A DNA stretch of 42,151 bases, from NCBI GenBank assembly GCA_001687465.1, contig LVLI01000142.1, positions 1 to 42,151 on the forward strand, written 5' to 3'. The position numbers and the translations under genes were made by a program. Position 1 is the stretch's first letter. Each line of letters opens with the position of its first letter. This document shows, in pieces, positions 12,857 to 22,298 of this stretch. The stretch is from Halocafeteria seosinensis. Taxonomy: Eukaryota. The notes beneath the pieces are model-generated. The model was not told the origin of the DNA. It ran no database searches and was given only the letters and a program-made list of their open reading frames with translations.

Positions 12857-13810
12857 TTACGTCACTCCTCGTCGACTCCTCTGTGGTGGGAGAGCAACTC
12901 TTCGGTACCGAGCCACTGGCTTTTTTGTGGTAGACGGGCTCACGGTGGGAGTCTCTGAAGAAGTAGAAGTCGGTGTATTCGACGGCGAAGGTGTCCCCGT
13001 TCTGGTGGATGTCAATGTACCTGTAGAGCTACGGGAAGGAGTTGCTGTTCTCGAAGAAGAAGGGGTTCTTGTTCCCGTCCCCGTGCTCGTAGAAGAAGGT
13101 GTCCCAGTACTGGAAGGAGTTCTTGTTCCCGTTCGCGTGCTTGTAGAAGAAGGTGTCTGAGTACTAGAAGGAGTTCTTGTTCCCGTTCGCGTGCTTGTAG
13201 AAGAAGGTGTCCGAGTACGAGAGGGGGTAGTCGACGGAGTTGGTGTTCTCGTTTTGGTTCCGGTGGGAGTAGGGGTGGGTCGCCCATTTGAGATTGTGAA
13301 TTGCCCCGCACGACTATGACGAGAAGTAGTGCCCGAGAAATCGCTAACCTCATGTAGAAGAATCCAGTGTTGCTCGTCGTCGCTTCCATGTATGGTCCAA
13401 GAAGTCGGATCCCTTCCGCTATAGTCATTACCCGTGTACCATTCGTACCCATCGAATTGATATGTTGAGCCCTGGCCAGCATCGGAGATGAGAATCGATT
13501 CACCATGCTTGTTGCCAGAACTGGCAAACTTTTCGTCTAGCCACTTGTTACTTGTGTCCGAGATGATATTTGAAGGACCTTCGCCACCAGGGTTGCGCCC
13601 GCCAGGGTTTTTAGCGCTGTGAAGAGGAACAGACGTCCCCCCATTTTTCAGGCGGAAGATTGATGCCTGGATACAGGACCCGCCTGTGCATGCGTTCCCG
13701 CAGCAAGATCGCCGCTCTGTTATAGTCCATTTAATGTATCGAAACTCAACTACTATACCATAAACATTAGACAGTCCCATAAGCAACAGAATCCATACCC
13801 AAGTGGTCAT
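12857..13810 (-). CDS. Secreted or surface protein: signal peptide, discoidin/galactose-binding-like domain and Ser/Thr/Pro-rich stalk
   Basis: Hydrophobic N-terminus MTTWVWILLLMGLSNVYG. NKWLD and TGNDYSGRDPTSWTIHGSDDEQHW resemble the TANDxxxRDPxxWxxxGSxDxxxW motif, followed by mucin-like repeats. The true 3' end may be spliced further downstream. Confidence 0.7.
   Translation of the reverse strand: MTTWVWILLLMGLSNVYGIVVEFRYIKWTITERRSCCGNACTGGSCIQASIFRLKNGGTSVPLHSAKNPGGRNPGGEGPSNIISDTSNKWLDEKFASSGNKHGESILISDAGQGSTYQFDGYEWYTGNDYSGRDPTSWTIHGSDDEQHWILLHEVSDFSGTTSRHSRAGQFTISNGRPTPTPTGTKTRTPTPSTTPSRTRTPSSTSTRTGTRTPSSTQTPSSTSTRTGTRTPSSTGTPSSTSTGTGTRTPSSSRTATPSRSSTGTLTSTRTGTPSPSNTPTSTSSETPTVSPSTTKKPVARYRRVALPPQRSRRGVT
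13059..13220. repeat. Coding tandem repeat, 3 x 54 bp (18-aa unit TPSSTSTRTGTRTPSSTx)
   Basis: Near-identical units start at 13059, 13113 and 13167 (gaaggagttcttgttcccgttcgcgtgcttgtagaagaaggtgtc...). Confidence 0.9.
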
Positions 13811-14845
13811 TTTGGCAAGCTTTAGCCGGCGACGTGCTAGTCAGTACAGCAACGTGGGGCCTCCAGAAACCGGAGCAACCGGATGGCATTCATACGAGTT
13901 AAAACAATCATTTTACAGTCCTTTGAGACATGCACTTCAGCCTTAGGGAAAAGTAAGTGATTCACAACTCCAACCGCGACCGGTGCAATTTTCCCTGCAA
14001 AGCATCGTAAGTGTCGGTTTTGGCCTGTCACGAAGTACGGTTCAACTGCCAGTCATCGATTACCAGGACATCCCTGACTGAGATGTCTAACCAGAACCTA
14101 TGGTAAGAACTACTATGACAATCAACCTGTATTAGCGGTATTCCATGCTTCCATCAGCGGCATATCATGTTTCCCGGTCCGCTATACCGGTACATCACGG
14201 GAGGCAAATTCCACGCTGCGCGCTGGCGGGTTACATATGTCAACCGATACGCATAATTATTAAACAGGATACTACGGGGAATATACAAGAGTGTATCATT
14301 AGTGCTAATGAGTGATGGTTCTTCATCTGGACTCAAGACGTGTAATTTCCTCTTCAACATCGTCAATTCTACAAACGATGGTAGCAAAGATGAAAACATT
14401 TCCAAGACAAAGACATGGGAAGCTCAGTGATCCTGTAGCATCGTACTTAAACATCGTATCGCTATACTCTTTGTGTCGCAAGCAGGGAGCCCATCCGTTA
14501 AGGCGAAATCTCACCCCTGGCTGCTACTGTACGTAAGAAACGTGGTGCAATACACCGTGTATGATACACGTCCGCTCGTAAATTGCTTCACACCAAGAAC
14601 AGGGGGAACCAAGTCCACATATTTGGCACTAGAGCAAGACCCATGGAAATCGGGGCTTTCCATCTTACATCAATTATTGAACGGGTCACCATGTACGTCG
14701 TGGTACAAGTACAATGTGTTCCCTCACGGCGCATGTCAGCAAGGCTGCAGGAACAGCGGGCCCGTCGCTGCTTAACACGGGCGCATACCGCTCCTCGTTA
14801 AGAGGATGTGGTCAACTTCCCGGCCGGTGGGCTATCTGTCACATT

Positions 14846-14867
14846 TGTGTGTGTGTGTGTGTGTGTG
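14846..14867. repeat. (TG)11 microsatellite
   Basis: Read directly from the sequence. Confidence 0.95.
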
Positions 14868-15521
14868 AGTACAATAGTGTACCGTTGTCGAACAATTGTA
14901 CCAATGTGTGCTGTACCTGACCATCGCAATCTGAAGCCTCACCCTGATGATGATGAATCAACGTCAGACTGAGATGCACAGGCGAACCGCGGCAATATGT
15001 ACCGCTACCGCTATAAAATATAGACATATCCGTTACAACTTGTACGATGGTGTCGCAGCGGTGTCGCTTACCAACTTCACAAGCTGTGAAGTAGCGACAC
15101 ACGGTGTCTGTGTGGTATGTTTGATGGTATGAATGATATAGTTTTTATCTGTGGCGCATACATACACGTGTAGTTAGTTCAATGGGGCGAAGTGTCCAAG
15201 TTGCTCGTGGTTTCATATACAAGCCAGTAACTGTGTCTTCGTACAAGGACTGCGCACTGGGTGCATGCATGCGTACGCGCATTATACTGTACAGGAACCA
15301 GTCCTGCTCCTACTTGGAGAGTTATTAGCCCCATTCTGTAGCGATATCGTATCAAGACCCCGTCCGTGCGTGAGTGCGTGAGCGAGTGACAGACAGCAGC
15401 AGAGGGCCAAGTCGTCTTGCGTCAGAGGCCTGGAATCGTGGTGTTGTTCAGAGAATAGCATGTAATAAAAGCGGAACGCGAATACTTGGTCACAGACGCA
15501 CGTACAGAAACAGACACAGAA

Positions 15522-15541
15522 AGAGAGAGAGAGAGAGAGAG
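15522..15541. repeat. (AG)10 microsatellite just upstream of the carrier start codon
   Basis: Read directly from the sequence. Confidence 0.95.
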
Positions 15542-15556
15542 GTAGAGAAAGGAGGG

Positions 15557-16616
15557 ATGGATCACTTTGTCGCGGGTGTCCTCGGTGGAATGACGAGCAC
15601 TTTGGTGCTGCATCCTGTGGATCTTATTAAAGTTCGGTATCAAGTGCATGGAAGTAGTTCAGCTTCGCGCTCAGGCAAATACAAGTCAATATGGCAAACG
15701 ATACGCACGATCATTCGAGAGGAAACACTACGAGGCATGTACAAGGGAGTAACTCCAGCTTTAATGGGTGCTGGTTCGTCGTGGGGACTGTATTTCCTGT
15801 TTTATGAACAAAGCAAGGCTAGGTACGCTCGACGCCACATTCGCCCCGACGACTCCCAGCAGTCGTTGGAAGAACCCAAGAAAGTACTCACTCCAGGAGA
15901 ATATATGCTGGCTGCTTGGGAAGGAGGATCGCTCACAGTTCTATTTACAAACCCCATTTGGCTCATCAAGACACGTCTTCAGCTGCAAGAGTCGTCTGCG
16001 CCGACATATTCCAAGTCAGGAAAGCAAATTATACCATACACATCTTTGCACAGTACGTCAATGCAGTGCATGTCTAGAACACTTGTCTCATTGAGCTGTG
16101 TCTTGAGTTTCGCAGAAACTATCCGCTTGATCTATAAGGAAGAGGGATTTCGGGGATTTTATCGTGGCTGCGTTCCTGCGCTTGTGTTGACATCCCATGG
16201 GGTCATCCAGTTTAGTTTGTACGAGCAATTAAAGCAGAAAGCACCGAAACTCATGTCAGCAGAAGGCTCGGCGGCTTACTTTGTCATTGGCGCTTTTTCC
16301 AAAGTAATTGCCACGACGGCAACATATCCACTCCAAGTCATTAAATCCAGGCTGCAGCAGCGTTTCACCGAGGAACGTGCTTACCGAGGGCCGCTTGACT
16401 GTGCCACAAAAATAGTCAGGTATGTTACTTTCCTATGGCGACCAATTATGAGCGGTAGCTACTATAGGGTATTTTAGCCACAGGACCGAGGGATGGCTGG
16501 CATTGTACTCCGGTTTTGTTCCCAACTTACTGAGGACTGTACCAGCATCGGCGATAACACTCCTGGCCTATGAACACTCAAAACGGCTTGTGCAAATGGT
16601 ATTGCCATCTACATGA
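15557..16616 (+). CDS. Mitochondrial carrier family protein, folate/FAD carrier (SLC25A32-like), 3 exons, ~310 aa
   Basis: Three carrier repeats: HPVDLIKVRYQ, NPIWLIKTRLQ and YPLQVIKSRLQ (the PIW and PLQ variants are typical of the folate/FAD/NAD subfamily). Introns at 16053-16115 (63 nt, in frame) and 16420-16483. Last exon EGWLALYSGFVPNLLRTVPASAITLLAYE. Confidence 0.9.
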
Positions 16617-17277
16617 GGAGGACAGAATGATAATTCCTCCTTCAAATTTCTTACACTGAGAGGGTCCTTCTAGGACATCACCCAGCTTAGCGGGCAACTT
16701 TAGGATGTTGCTCACCCACTCGGTTATGACCAGGTCCGCTGACCGGTGTCACGGTAGTCCCAACCCATGGTCACATTCTCTTGGTTCATTGACGATAGAT
16801 TGACGACATCGGTAATTTGATGCATAGTCCCCAGTAAGCTATGGGTGTTCAACATTCAAGGCGAATTGTGCACTTCTGTCGGCTATGTTTTCCGTTCTTT
16901 CGACATGGATAAGACCGCTTAGCTAGCAACTTTCGGTTACTGCTTTTATCCCAGCCGGACTTATCTTCCATTCCATGAGAGGTCAACGCTATTGAACCGC
17001 GACCTTTGTAACGCGTATTCTGAGGACGTCATTGCCAGGTCCTTAACAACTATGCACACGCTGCTAAGGTAATGATGGCATCGAAAATTTTCGATTCGAA
17101 ATTTAGTAGTCCGGCTGGCTGAGTAGAGATAGACAGGTCTTTATTCGCTTGATAGAACATCCTGAGTAGGTGCCGTGCGAATACCTCTTCCTTTGCGTGC
17201 GCCAACCGAGTATTGGTAATGCGTGTTGCGATCTAAGTTCGACGAGTTACTCGTACCCAAGAATGGTGTTGTCACTG

Positions 17278-17463
17278 TTCGCTTCTTGCTCTAGTTCATT
17301 TTATCTTGAAGTAACACTTCCCAATTGCTAAAACCCTAAATATATTTATATGAAAAGACACTATCAAGGTACTTAGTATCTGCACTGTAAGTATCCGGAT
17401 TGAAAGGTCCTGTCTTGCTTAGACCAATGCACTTCTCTTGTTCCTAACCGGTCAGAGTGGTCA
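17278..17463 (-). pseudogene. Degenerate tandem copy of the SAHH 3' coding end plus 3' UTR
   Basis: Aligns by eye to 17481-17656, with substitutions and small insertions (e.g. tatctgCACTGtaag vs tatctgtaag) in the former coding part. Confidence 0.92.
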
Positions 17464-17573
17464 GTATGGTGGGGTCGCTTTTCGCTTCTTGCTCTAGTTC
17501 ATTTTATCTTGAAGTAACACTTCCCAATTGCTAAAACCCTAAATATATATATGAAAAGACACTAACAAGGTGC

Positions 17574-19385
17574 TTAGTATCTGTAAGCATCCGGCTTGAA
17601 AGGTCCTGTCTTGCTCAGACCAATGTACTTCTCTTGTTCTTCGGTCAAAGTGGTCAATTCCGCGCCTAACTTCTCCAAGTGCAGAGCAGCAACCTTTTCG
17701 TCCAAGTGCTTGGGCAATACGTATACTTTGCCCTTTTCGTATGCTCCTGTGTCGGCTTTCGTCCACAATTCGATTTGGGCGAGTACCTGGTTGGTGAAAC
17801 TGTTGCTCATGACAAAAGATGGGTGACCAGTGGCACATCCCAAGTTAAGTAGACGTCCTTCAGCAAGGAGGAGGATGGCATGTCCATCAGGGAAGATGAA
17901 TTGGTCAACCTGAGGTTTGATGTTGACGCGCTTGATGTCCTTGCTCTGCAAGAGACCAGCGGTGTCGATTTCGTTATCGAAGTGACCAATGTTTCCTACA
18001 ATGGCGTTGTTCTTCATTTGCTTCATATGGCTCAAGCAGATAATGTCCTTGTTGCCAGTGGCACTGATGAAGATATCCGCATCCTTGACGATGGATTCCA
18101 TCTTGACAACGTGCATGCCTTCCATGGCGGCTTGCAGAGCACAGATGGGATCGATCTCAGTGACGTATACAATGCAACCAGCTGCCTTGAGAGATTGAGC
18201 ACATCCCTTTCCTACATCACCATACCCACAGACGACGGCGCGCTTGCCGGCCAACATAACATCGGTGGCACGCATAATTCCGTCGGGAAGAGAGTGACGG
18301 CATCCGTACACATTGTCGAATTTGGACTTGGTCACACAATCGTTGACGTTGATGCATGGCATCAAGAGTTCTCCAGTGCGTTGCATGTCATAAAGGCGCT
18401 TGACACCAGTGGTGGTTTCCTCAGAGATACCTTTGCAGCGGGCGGCCAAATTCTGCCACTTCTTGGGGTCCTTCTTGTGTTCCCTCTGGATGATGGCGTA
18501 GACACATTTGAGTTCCTCATTGTCAGTGTCCTTGGGGTCGGGGAGCTTGCCGGTCTTCTCGTAGTTCTTTTCGGCCTTGTATCCTTCGTGGATCAACAGA
18601 GTCATGTCTCCACCGTCATCGACAATGACGTCAGGACCAGTTCCCTTTCCATCGTCATTGGGCCAGGTGCAAGCAGACAGAGTGCACTCCCAGTACTGTA
18701 AGCCATACAAACACATACTCGTAAGTATACAATACAAATATGTCCCTAATACTTTTTGTTCCTCGTGGCCTTCCCTTGAGTCAGCGACGGACGCTGTTCT
18801 CACTGACACCACCACTCAACTTCACAAACACAGCCTGTCCTACCCCTCTGGTTCCGTCATCCATGCTATGATGATATCACGGGTGGCAAAGCAGACTGTG
18901 TGTTGTTTGATATCTCAACACTTGCCGGCCACATGTACAAAGAGAAAACGAAGAGGAAAGGAAAAGGAATTCCCATTCTTCTTTTTGTCGTTTTTGGCGC
19001 GGCTGAGAACAACTGTTCTGACTCTGGGGTTATGGCCTTTATAAAGGCCTATACATACCTCTTCAGCGGATTCTCCCTTCCATGCGAATACAGCAGCAGA
19101 CTTGTTAGCTACCATGGCGGCGGCAGCGTGGTCTTGGGTGCTGAAAATGTTGCAAGAGCACCACCGGACGTCTCCTCCGAGTTCCTTGAGGGTCTCGATC
19201 AGAACAGCAGTTTGCACAGTCATGTGCAGAGAACCAGATACACGGGCTCCTTTCAGGGGTTGAGAAGGCCCATATTCACGGCGGGAAGCCATGAGACCAG
19301 GCATCTCTACCTGAGCAAGCTCAATTTCCTTGCGGCCAAAGTCGGCCAAGGACAGATCAGCAATGCGATAATCACCACCAGACAT
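17574..19385 (-). CDS. ahcY: S-adenosyl-L-homocysteine hydrolase (adenosylhomocysteinase), 2 exons, ~482 aa
   Basis: Exon 1 19385-19059 ([36 protein letters not shown]), intron 19058-18696, exon 2 18695-17574 ([53 protein letters not shown]). It includes the ~40-aa plant/protist-type insertion. Confidence 0.98.
18696..19058 (-). promoter_or_regulatory. Long structured SAHH intron (363 nt), candidate splicing-regulatory RNA element
   Basis: GTATGT...TTACAG intron about five times the local norm. It has nested sense-strand stems with G-U pairs, an internal polypyrimidine tract and cryptic splice sites. The intron is well supported; a regulatory role is inference. Confidence 0.45.
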
Positions 19386-20601
19386 CTTGATTGAAATGTA
19401 AATGAACTAGATTTACTAAAAGGAAATATTTGATTGTCACGGTCGACAACAAATGGTAACAAGGTTTGTTAATAAGTAATTGTTCTCGGAACAAGAAGCG
19501 AAAAATTGTTTTGCGGTAATCAAAACAATCGATACTCTTTAACTACTCTTCTACAAGGGTTCCTATGGATACTCACGACAAACTTTCCGTCGACTACCAC
19601 TCTCCACAAAGATTGTCGTGTTCGGGGGATCGGAACAGGGTGCCACCTGGCAGCTATGGGGCCTCTGCAGCGATATACAGGAGCATAACACCACCAATAG
19701 ACAGATGGGTGGACCGGTATTAAGTTGGGAATGCCATGAGTTGCTCTGTGTATTCATACGGGGGCGCCTCCCTCGACAGTGGACGGCAAAGTCTCCGGTG
19801 CGACTCGTTCAAGGACTTCACTACAGCGAGGGAGCTTAACACGCTTCTAGAGCGTTCCTCCACGTAGTTTCAGTACACCTTCGCCACGGCACTAGTCCGT
19901 CACTATGTCTACTAGTACGTTGTCTGTGGCCGGGAGGTAGAAACCACTCATAGACCACGTACCCCCCACTGTTCCAAAATGGCTTCACAACGGGATTCCC
20001 TGACGCAGAATACCCCCTGTCCACTGACACGTTGGCCTTTTGAGGCACAACGATAGCATGCGTCATTTAAAGTACATGCTTTTCCCCTTTCAATTGGCGA
20101 GAGTGGCAGAGGTCAATAGAGCGCAGTGTATAGGCTTTGAAGACGAACTCCGCTTGGCACGCCTTTCCGAGTTACGATCGGGGATTCTTTCTCCTGCATC
20201 GCAACCAGAGACGCTCTGCTGTGTCTACTTCAATTCTCATACCACTCAATCTCCGTGTTTCCCTCCTTTGCTTAACCCGTATGCAGATAAGCATCATGCA
20301 TGATAAAGGACCCTGGATGGATTCAATACAGGAGTAGTGATGATGCTGCATTCGGTACCGTGGCGCTGTTAGTCACGAGTTCGGTTTAGACGTTTGAATT
20401 TCAGCGATACATCCGATAGCAAAATGAGCAAAAGTTGCCAATCCATCGATTGGTCCTGGATACCTTCTTAATAGTTAGGGTGTACACTCTCTCTGAATCC
20501 TTCATATTCCGCCTCCTGTTCCTCAAAGACTCCCGAATATATTCATGGCCAATGTACATGATCAAAATATTTTTGTACACAGCACAGTTGAGGACTGACA
20601 T

Positions 20602-21708
20602 CTACCGGTATTCCCGAGGAGGGGGTGTCTCTGGGATATGGCCATCTTCGAAGTCGGAGGATTCAAAAGCTGCCTTTTGCTGTTCGGTCAGGGAGCTTAC
20701 CTCTGCTTGTGCATCGGTGGCCCACATGTCAGTCGTGCCATTGGAATGGTTCCATGTGGGACCGTGACTTTGGGTAGATGGGGACATTGTCGATGAAGAG
20801 TTCGCCGAATTACTTTCAGTTGATAACCAAGTCCCCGTCCCGTTGACTGCATTATGCTCAGGGAGTGTGAATAAACCAGGTTTATTGTTTTGGTTGGAGA
20901 GTCCACCAAACGCGTTAGATGACATCGTTGCAGCAAATGGGTTCCCTGCGTTTGGACCGGAAGGTTCGTTTGCTGATCCCACGTGAGTCTGGAATGATGT
21001 TGGAGCAGGCTGCTGCTGGTTTTGTGACATTCCAAAAGGGTTTAATGACTGAGTCTGATTTACATCTCCGTGCTTCGAGAAAGGTCCGGGATTGGTAGTC
21101 GAAAAGCCTCTGGGGGTATTATCTCCTGTATGCATTCCAAACATACCGCTGGTATTGTTGTTCGTGTTGGAACCATTGCCATTTGTCGCCCAAGGATTGT
21201 CTTGATTGTGGGTGTTGGTGTTCGAACCGAAACCATTACTATTGTTCCCTGCCCACGGATTTCCCATATAGTTGTGGTTGGAACCTAACCCATTGTTGTT
21301 ACTTGCTGCCCAAGGATTTGTCCCGAACCCAGTTGCTGAGGGCTGTTGCGCATGCGACTGACTAAATCCTCCTGTCCCACCACCCGCTCCCTGAAATGCT
21401 TGTTGCAAAATCCGTGCACCACCACTCCCACCTGGAGGAGGTTGATTATTTCGGGGCTGGTCCCATCTCTGTCCATGGTTGCTAAAGGCCCAATTTCCAT
21501 TCCCAGGAGGACCTCCTCCTCCTCGACCTCTGTTGTTGTTCGGTTGATTTCCCCTTCCTCTGCCTCCTCCACCGCGATTATTCTGCCCACCTCTTCCTCT
21601 ATTGTTATTGTTGTTGCCTCCTCCTTCTCGACCTCCTCCTCTTCCTCTATTATTATTATTATTATTTCCTCCTCGGCCCCCTCCTCGACCTCGATTTCCA
21701 CGGCCCAT
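20602..21708 (-). CDS. Nup42/CG1 (NUPL2)-like nucleoporin with an RGG-rich N-terminus (~368 aa)
   Basis: Gly/Asn/Ser-rich with scattered FG, NPF and NPW motifs. The C-terminus LTEQQKAAFESSDFEDGHIPETPPPREYR fits the Gle1-binding tail pattern FxxxxFxxGxIPxxPPP. The first true ATG is at 21708 (the track start at 21789 is TTG). Confidence 0.75.
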   Translation of the reverse strand: MGRGNRGRGGGRGGNNNNNNRGRGGGREGGGNNNNNRGRGGQNNRGGGGRGRGNQPNNNRGRGGGGPPGNGNWAFSNHGQRWDQPRNNQPPPGGSGGARILQQAFQGAGGGTGGFSQSHAQQPSATGFGTNPWAASNNNGLGSNHNYMGNPWAGNNSNGFGSNTNTHNQDNPWATNGNGSNTNNNTSGMFGMHTGDNTPRGFSTTNPGPFSKHGDVNQTQSLNPFGMSQNQQQPAPTSFQTHVGSANEPSGPNAGNPFAATMSSNAFGGLSNQNNKPGLFTLPEHNAVNGTGTWLSTESNSANSSSTMSPSTQSHGPTWNHSNGTTDMWATDAQAEVSSLTEQQKAAFESSDFEDGHIPETPPPREYR

Positions 21709-22298
21709 TACAACTTTTGTTTTTCTCCAATAACTCCACAGCTGCCGTCTAATCCCCTCCGGTAGATAATCAACCCATCTGTACTGCAAATTATGCAGTA
21801 CAATGCAATGTAATGAATTATCTTATCTTGCTCCACTGAACGAGGTAGTTGAAATTGGCGTATTTAAACCCTATTACGTGCATAAAATTTTCGTGTATCA
21901 TCGTGTACAAGTTCCAAAAGAAAGAAAAAATATATACATATACATATATCTATCTATACTCATTACTTGCTTCATTAACGCTAAGTAAAGCTGCCTGTCT
22001 GTCTGTCTCCGGACCGGGGCCGGCGGGCTCCCACAATGGAGTCCCATTACAGTGATATTCGACGCTGTATTGTAGAGATTCATTCAGTGTCTATGTTGTA
22101 TACTTTGAGCAACAAGAATAACCTGCGAACGATACGGTATCTGCTGTATAAATAGAGTAAAACAACAACAAAAAAGCCCTCCCTCTCCGGCCATTCTGTT
22201 TTTCCTCTACAAACTCTATATTGCGTATCTCCAATTGTTGTGGGTGTTTGCCACAATCATAGTCCTCCCGATAGTCCAGAGTATCAGTAGGTGTCGAA

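Noticed and set aside
11897..12860. Downstream exons or a decayed membrane-protein gene after the Ser/Thr-rich ORF
   Set aside because: Some splice-like sites and hydrophobic stretches exist, but I could not build a consistent frame or recognise a family.
13059..13220. Regular repeats as a CRISPR array
   Set aside because: Head-to-tail 54-bp coding repeats without unique spacers, in a eukaryotic gene, with no cas genes present.
13837..15300. Short overlapping ORFs on both strands
   Set aside because: No motifs and no coherent exon chain; treated as unannotated intergenic DNA.
17328..17340. CTAAAACCCTAAA as a telomerase RNA template
   Set aside because: It lies within the duplicated SAHH 3' UTR (second copy 17531-17543), with no supporting template-pseudoknot arrangement.
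17880..18701. 273-aa plus-strand ORF
   Set aside because: Antisense shadow of the strongly codon-biased SAHH coding sequence.
18760..18980. Known cobalamin or SAH riboswitch, or METTL16 site, in the SAHH intron (GGGAA and GGGAAGGC seen; acceptor UACAG)
   Set aside because: The remaining consensus elements are absent, and the acceptor reads UACAGUAC rather than UACAGARAA. Kept only as an unclassified structured element.
20337..20500. Box C/D snoRNA starting at GTGATGA
   Set aside because: No nearby D box with a terminal stem and no recognisable rRNA-antisense guide.
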